Part shown: piece by piece, positions 55,053 through 63,947 of the stretch | Layout: every line of letters begins with the position of its first letter | How positions within the stretch are numbered: position 1 is the first letter of the stretch | IMG/VR virus record: IMGVR_UViG_3300025120_014916 | Span: 32,001 to 96,000 of that record | Length of the DNA: 64,000 nt | Strand: one strand, 5' to 3' | DNA from: a virus | Notes under the pieces: model-generated | Database searches by the model: none | Told to the model about the DNA's origin: nothing | Seen by the model: only the letters and a program-made list of their open reading frames with translations | Translations under genes and position numbers: made by a program

Positions 55053-55808
55053 TTATCTCTTAAAAAGAACGTACTCATCATTGTTTTTTGCCAATTCTCT
55101 ATACTGTTTTCTAATTCCTGACATTGCAACTGATAATTGTTTTGGGTTTAGCCCTGATATTTCTCTTAAATATACAAATACAGCTCGCTTGTTTAAAAAG
55201 TCTAAGTCTTCTATGCTATTAAAGAGTGTAATGATTGCATCTATGCAAAGTTTTTCATTTGAATTTGTAATTTTATCTTTTAGTTTTTCATTAACGATAT
55301 GAATTGTTGCAATTTCTTCTTTTAGTATGAAACTATCTTCTGGTGAGGGGGATATCTGGTGTGACTCTATATACGACTTGTCTCTAAAGCTTAAGTTTTC
55401 ATCATGTATACTAACATGCCTATTTCTATTTTTGACACGTTTTTTGCTTTGAATTATTAAAAAGTTTTTTGCACACACATTAAAATAAGAAAAAGCTTTA
55501 GAACCTTTCGCCGGATCAAATTTTTCCAGTATTTCAAATAAAAAGCTAACACAATCATTTTTTAGTTGTACAAAATGATTTTGACTGTATGAGAAGCCAT
55601 GAATAAAAATTAGATTTTCTGCTAACTTTTCAAATGAAGGCTTAATATCAGCAGTGTAGATTTTATTTTTTACATTCCTACAATCTGCATCTTGATAGCG
55701 AACAACAGCATTGTGTGCGTCTTTTCCAAAATAAGGTCTTTTTTTAGTCTTTTTTTGATTTTTTGATTTTATATTACTTGACTTGACGGTCTTCTTCTTT
55801 AATTTCAC
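55053..55808 (-). CDS. Phage sigma factor, gp55-like (sigma70 region 2)
   Basis: LKNDCVSFLFEILEKFDPAKGSKAFSYFNVCAKNFL region-2 signature; 251 aa. Confidence 0.8.
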   Translation of the reverse strand: MKLKKKTVKSSNIKSKNQKKTKKRPYFGKDAHNAVVRYQDADCRNVKNKIYTADIKPSFEKLAENLIFIHGFSYSQNHFVQLKNDCVSFLFEILEKFDPAKGSKAFSYFNVCAKNFLIIQSKKRVKNRNRHVSIHDENLSFRDKSYIESHQISPSPEDSFILKEEIATIHIVNEKLKDKITNSNEKLCIDAIITLFNSIEDLDFLNKRAVFVYLREISGLNPKQLSVAMSGIRKQYRELAKNNDEYVLFKR

Positions 55809-56100
55809 TTTGCATCCCAGAATCAGAAGTTAGCTTATTAGCGATTTTTAAAATAGCAAAGTGACACTGTTTAATGTCGTTCATAACTTGTCTTACTTCA
55901 ATAGAATCAAAAAAGACAGGTTTCTGAATGACTTCATTCATTTTGCCATAGTGATGGTTTAACAAGTCTAAGCTTTCTTCAATTGATTCTTCTACGTTAA
56001 GAATTATAACTGAAAATGTATATAGCTTTTTTGCAGCAATACACAAGCATGCAAATAGAAGAATAATAATAGAGATATAAAAATATTCTGGTAAAAACAC
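55774..56100 (-). CDS. Small membrane-anchored coiled-coil protein
   Basis: 108 aa; N-terminal hydrophobic helix; GTG start overlapping the GT stop (TAGTG). Confidence 0.7.
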   Translation of the reverse strand: MFLPEYFYISIIILLFACLCIAAKKLYTFSVIILNVEESIEESLDLLNHHYGKMNEVIQKPVFFDSIEVRQVMNDIKQCHFAILKIANKLTSDSGMQSEIKEEDRQVK

Positions 56101-57269
56101 TACAGTACTTCCGCAAATAACTTATTATACTTTTTAATAATTGCATTTTTTGAAAAGTTCTTACAAATGTGTGTAGAAACTTCCAAAGCATTACTTTTAT
56201 GGTATTCATAATTATAATACACGTCATTTAACTTTGTAAAATAAGATTCTTTTGATGGTTCAGCCCACCTTGTATCTTTTACAAATATTCGATCATCTAT
56301 TTTTTCCTTAGGTATGTCTACCATATTATAGTCTATAGGTAGAAATTTTTGACCTTTTAGAAATTGTAAGTGACCAGAATAGTTTGTCACGATTATCGGC
56401 AGGCCTGCAGCAGCAGCTTCTACTAGCGGTAATCCATATCCTTCTGCCCTAGTTAGGGATACATAACATTTTATATTTTTACTTCTATATAGCGCTGCAA
56501 TCTCTTTTTTTGTCATATCACCATGCAAAAGATATATCTTTGGATAAATAGAATCTCCTTTTGCAGCTTTTGCTATCTGGCTAAAATATTCCTTTGTTTT
56601 CTTTCTATCAAAAGAAGAATTCTTACCTAAACATGTTTTTACAACAATACCTACATCTTTATTGTTTTTAAATTTTTCACACAAATGCGATATTGTATTG
56701 AATATATTTTTCCTATCTTGCTTAGGATCAGTATGAGTTAACATACCTACAGTTAAAAAATTAAAAGATGTGCTAAGATTTAGGTTTATTTCTTCTAGGG
56801 TATTGTCTTCAATTGTTTCATGAAACCACTCAGGAACAACGTCTATTTGCTTTAATAGGATTCCAGATCGCTTTAAAACGTTTTTTGTGAATACTGACGG
56901 GACAATTATGCGATCCATTTTGTTGCAACATTCTAGCCATTCTTGATTACACTTGTCAGACTCTACAGCAGCTGTTATCCCTACGTTAAATTTACCTAAT
57001 GCTGGATTCCATTCGTCGGGTAACTGAATTTGGAAAGTTATATCATACGGTGCAGATAAAGGTTTTGATCTTTGCATTATTTCTTTTATCAAACCTGATT
57101 CTTTTTCTTCACTTACAATCCAAGAACAGTTTCCCCAGTTTAGACACTCAACGTCTATTTCAAAATTTCTTTTTTTACTTTCAGCTAGCAGCCAACTAAA
57201 GACTTGCCTTGAATGGACTCCATATCCACTATTTGTTAATAGTGGAGCTCTTACTAAAACTTTTTTCAT
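56100..57269 (-). CDS. Glycosyltransferase family 4 (GT-B)
   Basis: TRAEGYGLPLVEAAAAGLPII (Ex7E). Likely start MKKVLV at 57269 (the ORF track gives 57275). Confidence 0.9.
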   Translation of the reverse strand: MKKVLVRAPLLTNSGYGVHSRQVFSWLLAESKKRNFEIDVECLNWGNCSWIVSEEKESGLIKEIMQRSKPLSAPYDITFQIQLPDEWNPALGKFNVGITAAVESDKCNQEWLECCNKMDRIIVPSVFTKNVLKRSGILLKQIDVVPEWFHETIEDNTLEEINLNLSTSFNFLTVGMLTHTDPKQDRKNIFNTISHLCEKFKNNKDVGIVVKTCLGKNSSFDRKKTKEYFSQIAKAAKGDSIYPKIYLLHGDMTKKEIAALYRSKNIKCYVSLTRAEGYGLPLVEAAAAGLPIIVTNYSGHLQFLKGQKFLPIDYNMVDIPKEKIDDRIFVKDTRWAEPSKESYFTKLNDVYYNYEYHKSNALEVSTHICKNFSKNAIIKKYNKLFAEVL

Positions 57270-57288
57270 TTGCACCTTGCCTTATTTG

Positions 57289-58554
57289 CTAATAGTCAAA
57301 AACTTGCCAAGAAGTCTTGCTTTTGTTTTCTTTAAAATTTTTAATTGCATCAAACATTGAATTGTCCCATAAGTCAACAACCTTTTGATGTGAAAATTCT
57401 GTTCTTGCGTAATTCAAAACCTTCTTTCTTAGCTTTTTGTATTCGTAAGGTTTTCTTTTCCACATTTTATAAAGTTTCATTATACCAAACGAAGTGTTTT
57501 TATTCGTAACATAGTCTTCATATATATACGGTACATTTTGACTCCCAACTAGTGTTTTAAGGTCTATGTTAAGTGCTACGCCATTCTCCCTTCCCGTCTT
57601 ATGATCAATAACTTGCCTAGTTAGTCCGCCTGTTTTGGCTGCAATTATAGGTGATCCTGTCATCATCGCTTCAAGTGTTGATAGGCCAAATCCTTCAGCA
57701 AAAGATATATTAATACAAAAGTCTGTTATATTATATAGTACATTTATTTTTTCAAATTCTAAGCGTTCTCTAGAGAAAAATACATTTTGCTGAATTCCTA
57801 ATTCATTGGCAGTCGCAAACAGATTAGGACCTTCCGCGTCTGTTGGCTCAGTATGCATTATTAACGTTGCTTTTCTATGCCCTTCTCTCTTTTCTAACAT
57901 GTCTAAAAACAATTTCCATGATTCAAGTACATCATTTGGTCTTTTTCTTTTTGCATTCCTGTTAACCCATATACCTACAAAATGATCGGAACGGTCTACA
58001 CCTAACAAGTTAATCTTGTGTTTTCTTTTTTCTTCATCTGGTAACGGAAAAAATAAATTTTCAGGCAATGCGTGAGGGATAAAATGTGTTTTTTCTGGGT
58101 AGTACTTTTTTAACATTGTATACGTCATATGAGAATGACAGTTTATAACATCTGTGCCTTCATAGTAAGGCTCGTTAAACTTTGGAAAAGGATAATTATC
58201 CCAGACATGCCACCATACTATTGGACATACCTGATGAACCTCATCTTCCATATCAAAGAGCCACGTAAAAAATCTAGGGTCTGTAAAGATAAACAAAAGG
58301 TCGGGTTTTTCTGTGGCTAGCGTAATTCTTAACAGCTCTGGTGTTCCAAACCCATCTATTGGCTTGATTATAAAATCATCGTTAACAACAACAGTGCGAT
58401 AATCACTATGTTTCATCGCAGCTCCAAATTGTCTAAAAGTCCACCTATTTTTCTTTATAAGCCCTTCAATAAGGTGTCTTGTTTGTGTTCCAACTCCGCT
58501 GGTAGAAAGTGCATGATCTGAAAGTACTAGTACCTTAAGTTTTTTATTGTTCAT
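57289..58554 (-). CDS. Glycosyltransferase family 4 (GT-B)
   Basis: SFAEGFGLSTLEAMMTGSPII (Ex7E) and NRNAKRK motifs. Confidence 0.9.
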   Translation of the reverse strand: MNNKKLKVLVLSDHALSTSGVGTQTRHLIEGLIKKNRWTFRQFGAAMKHSDYRTVVVNDDFIIKPIDGFGTPELLRITLATEKPDLLFIFTDPRFFTWLFDMEDEVHQVCPIVWWHVWDNYPFPKFNEPYYEGTDVINCHSHMTYTMLKKYYPEKTHFIPHALPENLFFPLPDEEKRKHKINLLGVDRSDHFVGIWVNRNAKRKRPNDVLESWKLFLDMLEKREGHRKATLIMHTEPTDAEGPNLFATANELGIQQNVFFSRERLEFEKINVLYNITDFCINISFAEGFGLSTLEAMMTGSPIIAAKTGGLTRQVIDHKTGRENGVALNIDLKTLVGSQNVPYIYEDYVTNKNTSFGIMKLYKMWKRKPYEYKKLRKKVLNYARTEFSHQKVVDLWDNSMFDAIKNFKENKSKTSWQVFDY

Positions 58555-58646
58555 AAGTTTAAAATCCTCTCCAAATATATACTAATTTTATACTTCTGTC
58601 ATTAAAAGTAAACTTTTTTATAGCAGAATTAGTATACAGGCTTAAC

Positions 58647-59489
58647 TTATTTACAGTGTTCTGTGTTTAAATAGGGACAAAATTTGCAACTATGCCTATT
58701 TTTTAAAAACATTCCTTTTCTAACAGACTTAATCATGTTTCTCATTAGCTTGACACCCTTTGCGTGAGTTTTAGGTCCTACACCTACATTTACAATATCA
58801 CAAAGCTTGCCTGGCTTAGCACCTCTCTTAAGTAAAATAAAAGCGCAACGTACGTCTTTCAAGGGAATGTTGTGTTTCTTTGACCAAAAATGCTTATATA
58901 GAATAAGTTGTGCTGTCATACCTAAATCTTGCTTTTTATCTCTTCGCCATCCGTATGCTCCGGCTGTCTTCCAATCAACGATCCAGTATTCGTGACCTTT
59001 GCCTCTTTTTTTAGGAACTTTAAAAACAGCATCAATAAAGCCTTTAAAAGAAAGATCTTTGTCTAAGTTTTCTATTTCTTCATATAGCTGTTCTTCAGCT
59101 TTAAAACATTCCCAACCTGGAAGCTGTGTATCTAAAAAACCTAACACTTCATCCCACATATTATTTGCCCAACTTTCCCATTCTTCAACAGGTTGGTGTT
59201 TATACCAGCCGGGCTGCTTAGAATACCATGTTGGGTCCTCGAAACCAGCTTTCTGCCAACTTTCTTTCATGACACCTAGTATTTTATCACGGTCAACTTT
59301 TCCTGTCTCTATAAGCGTTTCACAGCCTTCGTGGACTGCAGTTCCAAAATGAAGATAGGGACTGTCTTGAAACATATCTATCTTGTCAATGTACGTTAAC
59401 TTATGACGGTAGCTACATTCTTTCCATTGTTTTATTTCAGAAAAAGATATGTGTGGTTTTCCTGTCGGAAATAATTCCTGTGTACTCAT
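58647..59489 (-). CDS. PD-(D/E)XK nuclease (RecB/Cas4-like exonuclease)
   Basis: HISFS...C, FGTAVH, GFIDAVF, IVDWKT, QLILY and CKFCPY motifs. Confidence 0.88.
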   Translation of the reverse strand: MSTQELFPTGKPHISFSEIKQWKECSYRHKLTYIDKIDMFQDSPYLHFGTAVHEGCETLIETGKVDRDKILGVMKESWQKAGFEDPTWYSKQPGWYKHQPVEEWESWANNMWDEVLGFLDTQLPGWECFKAEEQLYEEIENLDKDLSFKGFIDAVFKVPKKRGKGHEYWIVDWKTAGAYGWRRDKKQDLGMTAQLILYKHFWSKKHNIPLKDVRCAFILLKRGAKPGKLCDIVNVGVGPKTHAKGVKLMRNMIKSVRKGMFLKNRHSCKFCPYLNTEHCK

Positions 59490-59570
59490 TTTTCACCATA
59501 TTATTAGAGATATATCAAAACTGTATCAGCTATGTTAAGATATACTAAGTTTACACAAAATATATTAGAT

Positions 59571-59883
59571 TTACACAACTAGTTCTGGGTCGTACAAAGT
59601 ATACTTTGCAGTTAATTCTTCGTTGGGCTGTATGTCTTTTATTGTTACTAGAAATAAATAGTCATCATCCTTTAGTATTTTACAGTTTGGCTTATTTGGA
59701 TTGTGATTAAAAAACCCGCCCAGTGGAGTTCTTATGTAATTATTTATTATTTTCAAAGAGCGGGTTAAAAATATGGGTTAATCCTAAATTTGTATTTTTT
59801 TTAATACTTGCTGTTGCAAACAGACCTAATCCGTGGACTTTCGATTCTTTGATTGTTAAAGACGCTGGCAAGGGTTTAAACAT
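59571..59883 (-). pseudogene. SET-domain protein gene frameshifted by a 7-nt tandem duplication
   Basis: ATG at 59883 gives MFKPLPASLTIKESKVHGLGLFAT...LFENNK*. The rest, YIRTPLGGFFNH...EELTAKY, is in another frame. The duplication (AAATAAT)x2 lies at 59739-59752. Confidence 0.85.
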
Positions 59884-60774
59884 TTAATAACTCATTATTT
59901 TTTCTGATAGTGTGTATTTGGGTGACCATCCTAAATCTTTTATAGTCTCGCTTATATCTGCAAGTGTTTCTTGAACTTCTGCCGGCCGTAAAGGAATTAT
60001 ATCTGTTTTCCCTCCAATCATCTCTGCTATTTCCCACATTGAATGATTTTTTCCTGTTCCGACGTTATAGACGTTAAATGGGATATCAACAGTTGATGAT
60101 CTCATTGCAAGAATATTTGCTTCCACTACATCTTCGATATATGTAAAATCTCTTCTTTGTGTCCCGGGTGCAACTATGGTCATAAATTTATTATTCTTGC
60201 TTTGACGTTTAAATAAACCAATTACTGGAGCGTATTCTCCCTTGATAGGCTCTCTCGGCCCGTATACATTAAAGTATCTTAAAGTTATGCTTGGTACCCC
60301 GTAAAGCTGGTTATAAAGTTTACAAATTTGTTCACCCATCCATTTTGACATTGAATATGGGTTGAGGCAGTCTGCAGGCATATTGGGTGCAAACGGAATT
60401 GAATTCTGGTGACCATAAAGTGAAGAGGTACCTGAATATATTACTCTTTTTACAGAATGCAATCTGGACCATTCTAGGACCCTCTGCGTGCCTACTACGT
60501 TAACCTCGAAACACTCATTAGGCGCACCAATAGTTGGTTGGATGCGGCTTCTTGCTGCTAGATGAAAGACATAATCAACTGACTTGAAAATGTCGTTGCA
60601 GTCATCTTTAGATATATCTTTTTGCCAATATGTTACTTGATCATTATAATAAAATCTCTCATTTTCTTGTGCAGACAAGTCATCTATCACAACTACCTCG
60701 CAACCAATCAAAATAAGCTTATCTACTATATGGCTACCTATAAATCCGCAACCGCCTGTTACTAAACATTTCAT
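59884..60774 (-). CDS. NAD-dependent nucleotide-sugar epimerase/dehydratase (extended SDR)
   Basis: TGGCGFIG, FHLAA, YSMSK (YxxxK), RYFNVYGP and RDFTY motifs. Confidence 0.93.
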   Translation of the reverse strand: MKCLVTGGCGFIGSHIVDKLILIGCEVVVIDDLSAQENERFYYNDQVTYWQKDISKDDCNDIFKSVDYVFHLAARSRIQPTIGAPNECFEVNVVGTQRVLEWSRLHSVKRVIYSGTSSLYGHQNSIPFAPNMPADCLNPYSMSKWMGEQICKLYNQLYGVPSITLRYFNVYGPREPIKGEYAPVIGLFKRQSKNNKFMTIVAPGTQRRDFTYIEDVVEANILAMRSSTVDIPFNVYNVGTGKNHSMWEIAEMIGGKTDIIPLRPAEVQETLADISETIKDLGWSPKYTLSEKIMSY

Positions 60775-60802
60775 AATTAACCTACCTGCTATAATCTAAT
60801 TT

Positions 60803-61660
60803 TTATTTTTTATTTGTACTCACTGCACCCGGGATGTCATACCAGTCTAGATCCTGTCTAACCTGTTTATTCTTTTCCCAAGCACCTTTCATAACATCAG
60901 GTGAAACGCCAAGCTCTTCTGCCTTTTTAATCATTGCATTTAGATCTTTAGGGAAGCATTTACCACCAAAGCCAAAGTCACCATCATGGCCCGGGACATC
61001 AATATGAGAGTTCCCAATTCTACCATCTGTTATAAATCCTTCAAGCGCTTTATCCCAGTCTCCACTAATAGCTTTACAAACTTGGTACATTTCATTCATA
61101 AAAGAAACTTTCGTGGCAAAAAAACAATTTGCCATGTATTTAATTAACTGTGCAGTTCCAAAATCTGTTTTTATGATGTTTGTATGTGGGAACCTTAATC
61201 TATATAAGTCTTCAACTTTTTGCAAAGATTTTTTATTATTACTGCCTAAAACAATTCTTGCAGTATTTATAAAGTCTAGTCTTGCTTTTCGCTCAGTTAG
61301 AAATTCAGGATTGAAGACAAAATTCATGTCCGGGTATTTCGCTGCTAAACGTTCAGTCGTTCCAGGAACGACTGTTGATTTGATTACTAGTACTTGATCT
61401 TTACGCCTATGCGTAAGCGGATAGTTGTTCATTATTTCATCAACAACACCCTCGACAATTGAAAGATCGCATTCTCCTGACTCGAACATCGGTGTTGGTA
61501 CGCAAATAAATACAACGTCTGAGTGTAAAATCAATTCACATAAGCTATGTGTAGACCGCTTTGGGTCTTTGTCATGTATCATTATATCATCTGAATGGAG
61601 CATGAAGCCGTGTATTATTGCGGAGCCTACAAACCCGTTACCTATTATTCCAATTTTCAT
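60803..61660 (-). CDS. ugd: UDP-glucose/GDP-mannose dehydrogenase family, lacking the C-terminal domain
   Basis: GNGFVG, FICVPTP, KSTVVPGT, FNPEFL and GFGGKCFPKD motifs; only 285 aa. Confidence 0.88.
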   Translation of the reverse strand: MKIGIIGNGFVGSAIIHGFMLHSDDIMIHDKDPKRSTHSLCELILHSDVVFICVPTPMFESGECDLSIVEGVVDEIMNNYPLTHRRKDQVLVIKSTVVPGTTERLAAKYPDMNFVFNPEFLTERKARLDFINTARIVLGSNNKKSLQKVEDLYRLRFPHTNIIKTDFGTAQLIKYMANCFFATKVSFMNEMYQVCKAISGDWDKALEGFITDGRIGNSHIDVPGHDGDFGFGGKCFPKDLNAMIKKAEELGVSPDVMKGAWEKNKQVRQDLDWYDIPGAVSTNKK

Positions 61661-61673
61661 AATCTAACCTTTT

Positions 61674-62267
61674 TTATTTTTGAGCAATTATTGTACTGTT
61701 GACATAGTAAGCATTTTCTGATATTACGTTTCCGCTAAAGATAGATTTAACCATGTCATTAGGTAGGTATTGAATCTTTTTAAACTCTTCACTTCTTCTA
61801 TCAGTTGGATTGTTGATCATGTGTATCATCATCTTATAATTACCTGTTTTTTCTTTTAACAGTATTTTTGAAAATTTTTCAACTAAAACTGCTAAACCCT
61901 CTGTTGTAAATCGCCAAAAGTCGGTAGGGTGTGGGTGTTCTTGGTAGAAAAAGGGTGAAGTTATTATAATTATACCACCCGGCTTAAGCACACGATAAGC
62001 TTCGTCTACGCATATCCATGGCTTTCTAACATGTTCTAAAACCTGGTCAAAAGCAACACAATCGTATTCGTCGTCTTTATACGGTAGTTTATGAGCATCA
62101 ACTTCAGGATAATCAGCTCTTGTTACGTTTTTATAGAAATTTGACCAATGAGGTGTATGACCACTAATTTCTAAAATTTTTTCATTTTTAATCGTACTGT
62201 CGCTTGCAATAATATTGCTTAAAAATTGCTGCGTTTTTACAAGATACTCTATTCTTGTGCATTTCAT
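61674..62267 (-). CDS. Class I SAM-dependent methyltransferase
   Basis: QVLEHV, LKPGG and DFWRFT motifs. Confidence 0.82.
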   Translation of the reverse strand: MKCTRIEYLVKTQQFLSNIIASDSTIKNEKILEISGHTPHWSNFYKNVTRADYPEVDAHKLPYKDDEYDCVAFDQVLEHVRKPWICVDEAYRVLKPGGIIIITSPFFYQEHPHPTDFWRFTTEGLAVLVEKFSKILLKEKTGNYKMMIHMINNPTDRRSEEFKKIQYLPNDMVKSIFSGNVISENAYYVNSTIIAQK

Positions 62268-62281
62268 TACATTTCCTTTTT

Positions 62282-63040
62282 TTAAATTTTTGCTTTTTCA
62301 ATCTCACCAAATACGCTTAGATATTTTGTGTGGAAAAATTGTAAATTTTCTATCGGCATTGTTTTATCATCTAGAAATCTAAAATCATTGTATTTAAAAC
62401 AATCATCATTACCCATATTGTTCATTTTTTCATTGTTATAAAAATTAATTGCGTAAGCTGCTATTTTGCGTATATCATCATCATTAAAATTAAATAAATT
62501 TGCATGACCCCTGTTGATCCTGTTTATGATAACATTACAAATTTTACTCGGGTATTGCTCAAAATCATGAAGATTTGTTACAACATCATACGTTTTCCAT
62601 GAAGCATCCTTTCTTTTGTTTGTGAATAAAGAAATAAAATCAGACTCAGGTTTTTTTGAGTTCGGTACAACGATATTCTTAAAAGCGTCTACTAATTCTT
62701 TTTTGTATATAACGGGTGTTCCGCCTCTATATTTTTTCATTAAACAGTCATAGTATAACCCTTCAGAGCATAAAACATGTTTATCATTAATTGTTAAATC
62801 GACTAATGTATCGAGTCCTTTATAGACTAATCGATCAGCGTCAGATCTAATTACAAGATCATAGTTTTCTAAATTTTCAATACAGTATTTTCTAAACTTA
62901 TCTAATTTTTGATAAAAAGAAATACTTTCGTTATCAACAACAATGTCATTGTAGCCTAACTTTTCAAAACAGTATCTTGACAATTCTTTTGTTCTTTCAT
63001 CTAGTGATGTTATATAAATCAAGCATTTCTTTTTATTCAT
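62282..63040 (-). CDS. Hypothetical protein, possible GT-A-like glycosyltransferase
   Basis: 252 aa in the sugar cluster; LVIRSDAD (DxD-like) after a hydrophobic strand. Confidence 0.45.
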   Translation of the reverse strand: MNKKKCLIYITSLDERTKELSRYCFEKLGYNDIVVDNESISFYQKLDKFRKYCIENLENYDLVIRSDADRLVYKGLDTLVDLTINDKHVLCSEGLYYDCLMKKYRGGTPVIYKKELVDAFKNIVVPNSKKPESDFISLFTNKRKDASWKTYDVVTNLHDFEQYPSKICNVIINRINRGHANLFNFNDDDIRKIAAYAINFYNNEKMNNMGNDDCFKYNDFRFLDDKTMPIENLQFFHTKYLSVFGEIEKAKI

Positions 63041-63947
63041 TTGACAACCTCATAATTAAAGTGTCACACATCCCAAGCGAAGCCAGCTTATTACCGTATG
63101 CCTCATTTAGATTATCACTGTTTAAAAAGTCGTAAACTTTGTGACCATTTGGTTTGTTTTTTTGTAGCCAATGTATGTGATTTGATGGTGGAAATCTTTG
63201 GATTTGTTTTACATAGTCGACTTTGTAACCTGCTTTTTCTCCAATAACTCTTAAACTTTTCTGACTGTAATAATACAGATGGCACGTCCAAAAATACCAG
63301 TCTCTAAAATCTTGAATGTCATATAAATCAAGTAGTGCGTCATTAATGTTGGGCACTTCAATAATTATTTTACCACAATCTTTTAAATTTTTTTTAAGCT
63401 TTTTCAATTCTGATATTGGGTCTTTAATGTGTTCCATAACATGAAAACATGTTATGAAATCAAATTTTTTACTCACCCTGTCTAGACTATGATGAATCGG
63501 TATGTCAAGATCTACAAAGCTATTTTTTAAGTAGTGTATTAGATGAGTGTCAGGTTCAACCCCCACTACTGAGTTACAAAATTGATTAATCTTATTTATA
63601 AAGCCACCAGCGCCGCAACCGTAGTCCAATACAGACTTGTTTGCGACACTATTGACGAGCATGTTTTTTCTTCGTTCGTCGTCAAAATTTGCATTCTTTT
63701 TCCAAGATTCGAATTTTTCAAAATTAGTAATTTGTTGCTTGCTTAAAAACCTATCATTTTTTAGCATTTTTGAGTTTTCGTAAAAGTCGCCCTCAATAAT
63801 GTGATCGTGGTGTGACAAGAATACAAAATCGCAATCATTACATTTTAAAATTTTAAAGTCTAATTCGGGTTTTACATCGACGTCTCTTATTTTAGTTGGA
63901 ATGCACGCAATGTTCATTGATTCACACAAATAACATTTTTTAATCAT
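63033..63947 (-). CDS. Class I SAM methyltransferase with N-terminal Zn-binding CxxC pair
   Basis: CYLC...CNDC, VLDYGCGAGG, FHVMEHIKDP and IIIEVPN motifs, typical of sugar-modifying methyltransferases. Confidence 0.85.
   Translation of the reverse strand: MIKKCYLCESMNIACIPTKIRDVDVKPELDFKILKCNDCDFVFLSHHDHIIEGDFYENSKMLKNDRFLSKQQITNFEKFESWKKNANFDDERRKNMLVNSVANKSVLDYGCGAGGFINKINQFCNSVVGVEPDTHLIHYLKNSFVDLDIPIHHSLDRVSKKFDFITCFHVMEHIKDPISELKKLKKNLKDCGKIIIEVPNINDALLDLYDIQDFRDWYFWTCHLYYYSQKSLRVIGEKAGYKVDYVKQIQRFPPSNHIHWLQKNKPNGHKVYDFLNSDNLNEAYGNKLASLGMCDTLIMRLSNE

Noticed and set aside
55774-56100. Holin or spanin assignment for the small membrane protein
   Set aside because: It has a single TM helix, and no endolysin or lipoprotein partner is recognisable nearby.
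58647-59489. Cas4-like nuclease as evidence for CRISPR-Cas
   Set aside because: No array, leader or other cas genes were seen; stand-alone PD-(D/E)XK exonucleases are common in phages.
464-61667. Numerous plus-strand ORFs (e.g. 6299..6694, 15881..16564, 32961..33299, 34530..34976) and short alternative-frame minus ORFs in the track
   Set aside because: They lie antisense to or within well-supported genes, have Ser/Phe/Leu-rich shadow composition and lack an RBS or motifs.
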